From Candidatus Eiseniibacteriota bacterium (GTDB lineage Bacteria; Arandabacterota; Arandabacteria; Arandabacterales; Arandabacteraceae), in the NCBI GenBank assembly GCA_043810925.1, contig JBDRNT010000154.1, positions 1-32,532 on the forward strand: a DNA stretch of 32,532 bases, given 5' to 3'. The position numbers and the translations under genes are program-made. Numbering within the stretch: the stretch's first letter is position 1; every line of letters begins with the position of its first letter. Below the pieces are notes generated by a model. The model had not been told where the DNA came from and did not search any database. It was given only the letters and a program-made list of their open reading frames with translations. Shown here in pieces: positions 26,466 through 32,532 of the stretch.

Positions 26466-27206
26466 TCAGTAGAGCCCACCATCGACTCTGATTACCTGTC
26501 CCGTGATATAACTCGATTTATCTGAAGCCAGGAACACAACCAGTTGAGCCACCTCTTCCGCCGAACCGAGACGTCCCAGCGGGATAAGTTCCCGGTAGCG
26601 GGAGAGCACCTGTTCGGGCATCCCCTTCAGCATGTCGGTGTCGATGTAACCGGGTGCCACGGCGTTGACCGTGATCCCGAATGGGGCAAGCTCTCTCGAG
26701 AGCGACTTCGTGAATCCTATCACACCGGCTTTCGCTGCAGTGTAGTTGGTCTGCCCCGGGACGCCTACCATGGCACTCAGAGACGCCAGATTGACTATCC
26801 TACCCTTACCTCTTCGAACCATGGAAAACGCGATCAGCTTGGTGACGTTGAAAATACCAATCAAGTTTGTCTGGATCACATCGGTCCAGTCCTCAGGTTC
26901 CATGTTGATGAAGAACTTGTCATGGAGGATCCCGGCATTATTGACGAGAATGTCGACGGGGCCCAGCTCGTTCTTGACGGCGGCGGCCATCTTCTGGGCC
27001 GCCTCATAGTCCCCGACCGAGCATTTGATTCGCATTGCCTTTCGCCCCAGCTTGACGATCTCGCTCTCGATCTCGGCTGCCGCCTGCTCGCTGGCATTAT
27101 AGTTCACAGCCACGTCGGCGCCGTTCCTGGCCAGGAGCAACGCAATGTCACGGCCGATTCCTCTCGACGCTCCTGTCACAAGTGCAACTCTACCTGCCAG
27201 ATCCAT
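26466..27206 (-). CDS. fabG: 3-oxoacyl-ACP reductase
   Basis: TGASRGIG, NNAG, GQTNYTAAK, NAVAPG and YITGQVIRVDGG. Confidence 0.92.
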   Translation of the reverse strand: MDLAGRVALVTGASRGIGRDIALLLARNGADVAVNYNASEQAAAEIESEIVKLGRKAMRIKCSVGDYEAAQKMAAAVKNELGPVDILVNNAGILHDKFFINMEPEDWTDVIQTNLIGIFNVTKLIAFSMVRRGKGRIVNLASLSAMVGVPGQTNYTAAKAGVIGFTKSLSRELAPFGITVNAVAPGYIDTDMLKGMPEQVLSRYRELIPLGRLGSAEEVAQLVVFLASDKSSYITGQVIRVDGGLY

Positions 27207-27219
27207 GTTGCTGATTCCT

Positions 27220-27990
27220 CTACTTCGGTATGATCACAGTCACACCGGGCTGTTCCTCTCCCTTCATGACATCTTCCACCGCCGGCTCGAGTATGATACC
27301 GCGCTCGAGGGTTACAATGGGGTTGAGCATTGTCTGAAGATGGTTGAAGAACAGATCCACATTGGCCACGAAACTTGACGGGACATAAATGATGTCCCCT
27401 CGGACGAGCTCCGGGTTCTGGGATATGTCGCCCTTGTCCATGAGACGATCCACATTGTAGACCTCGCGCCGACCCTGATCGAGTCCGTCCCTGATCAGAA
27501 ACACCTTGTTCGAGTTAGCCTCGTCGGTAAAGCCACCCGCCTTGGCAATGGCTCCGATCAAGGTGGCCAATTCTCCTCCCATGTTATACAGGCCGGGTTT
27601 CTGCACTTCCCCGAGGACGTAAACCTTCCGGCTGCGATAAGCGGTGATCGTCACCCTGACGTGGGGGGCTACGAGATACTCGGAGAGGGCCTCGACGATC
27701 TCCTCTCTGAGTTCCATGGGTGTGAGATCGTAGGCATGGACCGGGCCCACAATCGGTATGAAGATATCTCCCTGCCCCTCGATTGTATATGTCCCGTCGA
27801 ATTCAGGATTCCGCCATACTGTGATCTCTATCTGGTCACCCACCCCAAGGGTCAGGCTTGAGATTGCCACCTCTTTCTCCCGATACCCCTCCGCGGGTCT
27901 TGACCCGGTAACCTCCCCCGGTGGGGGAGCGGAGCTACAGCCCAGGATCAGGGAGAGGATCGCGAAAAAGAGTAGATCGTTCCGTCTCAT
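27220..27990 (-). CDS. wza: Polysaccharide export outer-membrane lipoprotein (Wza/OPX)
   Basis: Lipobox ILGC, LGVGDQIEITVW (Poly_export), VYVLGEVQKPG (SLBB) and GDIIYVP; GGAGG RBS before ATG 27990. Confidence 0.9.
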   Translation of the reverse strand: MRRNDLLFFAILSLILGCSSAPPPGEVTGSRPAEGYREKEVAISSLTLGVGDQIEITVWRNPEFDGTYTIEGQGDIFIPIVGPVHAYDLTPMELREEIVEALSEYLVAPHVRVTITAYRSRKVYVLGEVQKPGLYNMGGELATLIGAIAKAGGFTDEANSNKVFLIRDGLDQGRREVYNVDRLMDKGDISQNPELVRGDIIYVPSSFVANVDLFFNHLQTMLNPIVTLERGIILEPAVEDVMKGEEQPGVTVIIPK

Positions 27991-28045
27991 GCTACTGCCT
28001 CCGATCATGGATATCCCCCCTCATCTGTTAAATCGGGCAATTCGG

Positions 28046-29470
28046 TTACATCCCTTGAGCTTTAAGCACTGCCGGAATAGTCCTCAAGAGGATCTTTATG
28101 TCGTTGGAGAGTTTCCAGTTATCGATATATTCCATGTCCATCCTTATCCAGTCCTCAAACGAGATCCCATTTCTCCCATTCACCTGCCATGTGCAGGTGA
28201 TTCCGGGAAGAATACTGAAACGTCTGCGCTGCCAATCCTGATTGAAACCATTGTAGTCGCGTAGCGGCAGCGGTCTCGGCCCCACAAGGCTCATGTCGCC
28301 TTTGAGAACGTTAAAGAGCTGGGGTAGCTCATCGATGCTCCACCTGCGCAGCCACCTGCCGACACTTATGATTCTGGGATCGTTTCGTATCTTAAAGACC
28401 GGGCCGTCCATTTCGTTGCGGTCTTCGAGATCCAGCTGCAACTGCTCGGCATCCTCTACCATGGTCCTGAACTTATGGAGATAGAAGACCCGCCTGTTGC
28501 GTCCCATGCGTTTCTGGTTGAAAAGCACCGGGCCCGGCGATGAGAACTTGATGGCAAGGACCGCGATCAGCATCAGAGGGGCCGTCATGACCACAATCAG
28601 AAAAGCCAGCGCCCTGTCGATCACCTGTTTCGCCAGATAGGACCAGCCGTCCCGGGGTCCGGAGGTGATCATCACGGTGGGAAGGTGCTCGAACTCCTCT
28701 GAGTGGGACTCGGCGAAGCTGGTGTCGAAAAACCGCCACAGGAACCGGATCGGGATGCCGTTCTCTTCAGCCTTTTGGACGATTCTATTGATCTCCTCAT
28801 AATGCGACTTGATCGGCAAAGCGATGAACACCTCATCCACTATCCGCTCCTGTATTATCCGGGGAAAGTCATCCAGTCTTCCGAGGAACTCCACGTTATC
28901 CCGGGGAACGTGAATCTTGTTGTCGATGAAGCCGATCAAGCGAAACCCGAGCTCCTTCTTCTCCTCAATCATGTCCGCAAACTCATAGGCTCTCTGGTTG
29001 GTCCCCGCGATCAGGATCAGCCGCAGGTTCCTGCCGTGAAGCCGGATTTTCCTGAGGATGTGCCTCAGGGCGGCGCGAAACGAGAGCGTCAAGACACTAC
29101 TCGAAAGCCAGAAAGGAAAAACGAAATAGGGTCCGAAGACCCTGAACCGGAAAGCAAGGCCCGCAAGCAGCATGAACAGACTCCCGACTGTTGTGGCCTT
29201 GAGAATATCCAGCCATTCACGACCGGCACCCCCGAGTCTTCGCGAGCGGTATAGATGAAACCGGTGAAAGACCAGATACCATGCGAGTGCCATGACCAGG
29301 AAAAGTGCGAGATTGATCACCTTGATACGCATGGCCAGGAACTCGGTCATGGGGATCCCTGCGCCATAGATGGCATTGAAAGAGGAGGCAGCAAGAAGAG
29401 ATACAATGAGAATCGTTATATCAGACAGCTTATAAAGATTCAGAAGGAGCTTTCGGCGAAATGAAATCAT
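28046..29470 (-). CDS. Priming polyprenyl-phosphate hexose-1-phosphate transferase (WcaJ-like)
   Basis: Four N-terminal TM helices, a Rossmann-like middle domain, KFRTM, SIDELPQLFNVLKGDMSLVGPRP and PGITCTWQV. Confidence 0.93.
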   Translation of the reverse strand: MISFRRKLLLNLYKLSDITILIVSLLAASSFNAIYGAGIPMTEFLAMRIKVINLALFLVMALAWYLVFHRFHLYRSRRLGGAGREWLDILKATTVGSLFMLLAGLAFRFRVFGPYFVFPFWLSSSVLTLSFRAALRHILRKIRLHGRNLRLILIAGTNQRAYEFADMIEEKKELGFRLIGFIDNKIHVPRDNVEFLGRLDDFPRIIQERIVDEVFIALPIKSHYEEINRIVQKAEENGIPIRFLWRFFDTSFAESHSEEFEHLPTVMITSGPRDGWSYLAKQVIDRALAFLIVVMTAPLMLIAVLAIKFSSPGPVLFNQKRMGRNRRVFYLHKFRTMVEDAEQLQLDLEDRNEMDGPVFKIRNDPRIISVGRWLRRWSIDELPQLFNVLKGDMSLVGPRPLPLRDYNGFNQDWQRRRFSILPGITCTWQVNGRNGISFEDWIRMDMEYIDNWKLSNDIKILLRTIPAVLKAQGM

Positions 29471-29551
29471 CGAACACAGCCACCCTTCCAGCTACCCGAG
29501 GCTATGAGGAACGCTTCTTATTGGCAGTACTGGTACACTCTTTCAACGCTA

Positions 29552-29581
29552 AGTTTATCCTAAATCTTGCTCGATAGTCAA
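29552..29581 (-). promoter_or_regulatory. Candidate sigma70 promoter of the polysaccharide operon
   Basis: Minus strand reads TTGACT-18 bp-TAAACT in an AT-rich gap about 80 nt upstream of the first ATG. Confidence 0.5.
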
Positions 29582-29658
29582 GTGAAAGTTCCGTGCGAGG
29601 TATCCGGGAATCCAGAGGGGGACATTGCCGTATGCAGGCTGGCGTGTATACTTTTACG

Positions 29659-32241
29659 TCATTTGGTACGTACAAGTTTGTGGGTAAGGGCAGAGTCGCC
29701 GGCACGCAGCCTGCAGAAGTAGACTCCTGGCGGCAGTGTATGCCCTTCGGGGTCCATGCCGTCCCAGCCGGCGGCGTATCTGCCTGCCGGATGGGAGCCC
29801 TCTAAGATCGTCCTGACGTGGCGACCTATAACGTCATAGATCTTGAGGTCGATGGGTAACCTGCCGGCACCCCCGGTTATGTCGAAGCTGATCACACACT
29901 CTGCCTGGGACGGGTTTGGTGCGACCTCTAGAAAGAGGCGTCCCCTCACGGAGATGTTGCCGTTGCGGGGCACAAGCGCATAGCACCCCACATCGCACGC
30001 GCCGATCAAACCGCATGTCGGTTGCTGGGAAGGGCTGCAGGGAGATCCCTCAAGCAAATGGTGGTCTTCGCTCTCGAGGTCACAGAAGAGCGGATCGGAC
30101 GAGAAGTTCCCGTCGATACCCTCTTGATTCGCGATACACCCGATCCAGTCCCCGCCCGTATTGCCATAGATGTCACAGCAACTCAGAGTGGGGGAGCCTC
30201 CGGCCGGGCAGCTCAGAGCCGCGCCGCCGGTATTAAAGGCCATCGTCGTCTTCTCCAGGGTGCCCGTGTTGCATTCATAGGCGATTGCCCCTCCGGTGGT
30301 AGCGGAGTTGCCGGTAAACGTACAGCCCGAGACAGTCAGCGTGCAGACCCCGGCCGCCGCCATGCCACCGCCCGCCTGAGCGGAGTTCGCAAGGAACTCG
30401 CTGTCGATGATCGTAGCGGAGCCTGTTGTATACCAGTGGCAGAGTCCGCCGCCTGCAAGCGTGGCTGAGTTACCTGTAAAGGTGCAGGCGGACACAACGA
30501 TTGAGCCGTGCAGTGTGCTTAAGACCGCACCTCCCTCCCTCGCGGAGTTGGTCTCAAAGGTACAGCCGACAAGCGTTGCGTTGGCTGTCCGGGAGTAGAT
30601 GGCGCCGCCCGATGCAGCGGTGTTGCCTGAAAACGTGCAGTTGATGAGCGTCAGTGCGGAGTAGAAGCTGTAAAGACCGCCACCTTTGGATTGGGACGGG
30701 CCGATGTCCCCGCCAGCGGAGTTATCGGAGAAGATACAATCGGTGAACGTCGGTGCGGAGAAGTCCTCGCACACAACGCCGCCACCGCGGGTCTCACAGT
30801 GGTTATCCGTGATCGCGCAATTCTCGAATGAGGGAAACGATGCACTGCAGTAGACCGCTCCCCCGAGAGAATCATGGGAGCCGCCCGTCAGCGTAAGCCC
30901 CCTGATCACGGTCGTACTGTCCACGTTGTTGCAGAGGATGACGACACCGAGCGAATCGGCATCTATGCTCGCACACGCCGCATCTGCGGTCTCACTGGTA
31001 AGCATGATACCAGACTTAATAGTGACAAAGTGTTCGTGGTAGACTCCACAGGCCACGGTCACGGTATCACCCGATGCGGCCGAATCGACTCCCGCCTGAA
31101 TCGTCGGTGCATCTCCCAACCCATCGGCGGTGATATGCCAGTTCCGGGGTGCGTCCAGACGTACACCGCTGTCGGTGTTGGACGGTGGGCCCGCTCCGGT
31201 GGCGTTGTATGCAGCAACATAGTAGGTGTGGCTTATGCCGGGTTCGACGCCCGTGTCATCCCAGAAACGCTGGTCGATGTCACTGCCCGTGAACACCGGC
31301 GAACCATCCCGGAAGACTCTAAAGCCTATACCGCAAATGCCGGTCCAATCCCAGGACACCCTTACGGCACTGTGAAGGTCGTCGGAGGCTATGAGGTTCG
31401 ATGGGGCGGTCAGGGGCGGAGAGAGGGACAGGTCGGCTCCGGCTATAACGATCTCGATTTCCTCCCCGTCGTTGGGAGGAGTTCCGTTCATGAGCCAGAG
31501 GTCGATGTGGACCCTGAGTGAGTCGGTCTCGACCGGGATATCACCGTTTTCGCCTCGGGTGAATGTACGTTCATGTATCAGCGAATCCGGATCGGGTGGT
31601 TCCTCATAGTGCCCGTTGATGCTCGTAAATGTCACGTAGTCCTGCTGCCAGTCGATGGAGTGAGTGGAGGATGTTCCGTTGAGGTGCATGGTGAACGGCT
31701 CATAGCTGCTCGAGGGAAGGCACTTATTAGGGAAGGTTACGGGGTGGATAACATATTGCGCGTTCCTGCATGCCCCCGGGTCCTTCCAGCGCGAGAATTC
31801 AATGTCGATTTCAGTGGAGTCACCTGCATAGAGGAATGGAGATGCGACCGCATTGATATCAAGACTGTCCAGGTCTCCAACCATGTAGAATCTGAACATC
31901 CCCTGTGTCGCAGGTGCCCGCGAGACCACCTCCGCGCAGTACCAGGTGCTGTCGATCTGACGTATCTTAAGATGCAGCCGGCCGCTCTCATCCACCCATA
32001 CGCTCTCATCGGTATCAGACCACAGGTTGGGCCCCGGTCCCCAGTATCCACTCTTCACTCCCCAGCGATAGCCCGCAAACGTTATCGCCCGGGCATCAAG
32101 ACTGGGTGCAAGTGCAAGCATGAGGCACAGGGCTATCCCCAAATGCAACAGCGCTACGTTGCATCTTGCGCAAATCTCAGGGAAACTGAGAAGGCGTGTT
32201 TCAGTACCGGGTACCGGAGGATTGCATTGTTTCTCGGTCAT
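29659..32241 (-). CDS. Secreted modular protein: GH16-like domain, FN3, parallel beta-helix, FlgD-Ig/T9SS-like C-terminal domain
   Basis: Signal ending DARA; EIDIEF motif; FN3 (APSNLIAS..YYVAAYN..GPPSN); TIQAGVD and repeated FxxN..GGA; tail APNP..IYDVIGRHVR..WDG..GVYFCRL. Confidence 0.85.
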   Translation of the reverse strand: MTEKQCNPPVPGTETRLLSFPEICARCNVALLHLGIALCLMLALAPSLDARAITFAGYRWGVKSGYWGPGPNLWSDTDESVWVDESGRLHLKIRQIDSTWYCAEVVSRAPATQGMFRFYMVGDLDSLDINAVASPFLYAGDSTEIDIEFSRWKDPGACRNAQYVIHPVTFPNKCLPSSSYEPFTMHLNGTSSTHSIDWQQDYVTFTSINGHYEEPPDPDSLIHERTFTRGENGDIPVETDSLRVHIDLWLMNGTPPNDGEEIEIVIAGADLSLSPPLTAPSNLIASDDLHSAVRVSWDWTGICGIGFRVFRDGSPVFTGSDIDQRFWDDTGVEPGISHTYYVAAYNATGAGPPSNTDSGVRLDAPRNWHITADGLGDAPTIQAGVDSAASGDTVTVACGVYHEHFVTIKSGIMLTSETADAACASIDADSLGVVILCNNVDSTTVIRGLTLTGGSHDSLGGAVYCSASFPSFENCAITDNHCETRGGGVVCEDFSAPTFTDCIFSDNSAGGDIGPSQSKGGGLYSFYSALTLINCTFSGNTAASGGAIYSRTANATLVGCTFETNSAREGGAVLSTLHGSIVVSACTFTGNSATLAGGGLCHWYTTGSATIIDSEFLANSAQAGGGMAAAGVCTLTVSGCTFTGNSATTGGAIAYECNTGTLEKTTMAFNTGGAALSCPAGGSPTLSCCDIYGNTGGDWIGCIANQEGIDGNFSSDPLFCDLESEDHHLLEGSPCSPSQQPTCGLIGACDVGCYALVPRNGNISVRGRLFLEVAPNPSQAECVISFDITGGAGRLPIDLKIYDVIGRHVRTILEGSHPAGRYAAGWDGMDPEGHTLPPGVYFCRLRAGDSALTHKLVRTK

Positions 32242-32285
32242 CAGCTGTAATGACCCGGGTCTGTGTGTCTGCAGCAGACTTACAA

Positions 32286-32301
32286 TGCAAGAGCCGTGCC
32301 C
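32286..32301 (-). promoter_or_regulatory. Sigma54 (-24/-12) promoter
   Basis: Minus strand GGGCACG-GCTC-TTGCA matches TGGCACG-N4-TTGCW with correct spacing, 45 nt upstream of ATG 32241. Confidence 0.7.
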
Positions 32302-32516
32302 GCATAACTCGATGACAGTTTACCAGTTCCTCCGCCCACGCCGTCCGCGCTACCCGGGGTTCCGGTTTTCAGCAGCGGGGGGTTCAAGTCCTGCCCGGGG
32401 AGAGTGCTATAACCCAGTAGGCAGGCAAAGGCAGCCTTGAAAAAGTGAGGAGGTTGCCCCAAGCTGTTGAGTCGAAGAAGTGCAGGTCTTTGGCTCAATT
32501 AGCAAGGAGGCAACCC

Positions 32517-32532
32517 ATGTATAGTAAAGCAA
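32517..32532 (+). CDS. Start of a divergent gene (MYSKA..., truncated by the window)
   Basis: AAGGAGG RBS 6 nt before ATG 32517. Confidence 0.5.

Noticed and set aside
29471-29520. ops/JUMPstart antitermination element in the operon leader
   Set aside because: CTCGGGTAGCTG only loosely resembles GGCGGTAGnnTG.
32351-32401. tRNA T-loop-like GGTTCAAGTCC
   Set aside because: The T-stem pairs imperfectly and the possible acceptor stem spans only about 50 nt, with no D or anticodon arm.

Overview
The window is dominated by a tightly coupled minus-strand operon of about 26 kb and 23 genes (29470 to 3460). It encodes a Wzy-type exopolysaccharide/capsule pathway: WcaJ-like priming transferase, Wza, a split Wzc whose kinase half looks degenerate, a MurJ-like flippase, a Wzy/O-antigen ligase-family protein, four glycosyltransferases and a GH-A hydrolase. 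A small type II fatty-acid/polyketide module (FabG, ACP, two ketosynthases) sits between wza and wzc. The operon also carries many tailoring enzymes: three alkaline-phosphatase-superfamily paralogs, a radical SAM/twitch protein, a methyltransferase, two GNATs and a NodB-type deacetylase. My main hypothesis (inference) is an exported glycan that is deacetylated and re-acylated with a custom acyl chain, using Nod-factor-like logic. Left flank: a TMTC-like GT-C/TPR protein and a small secreted protein ending in a WGxIK motif. Right flank: a secreted GH16-like/FN3/beta-helix protein with a FlgD-Ig/T9SS-like tail, preceded by a sigma54-type promoter. These C-terminal motifs suggest an FCB-group candidate-phylum host (inference). 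All family calls come from motif recognition; no searches were run.
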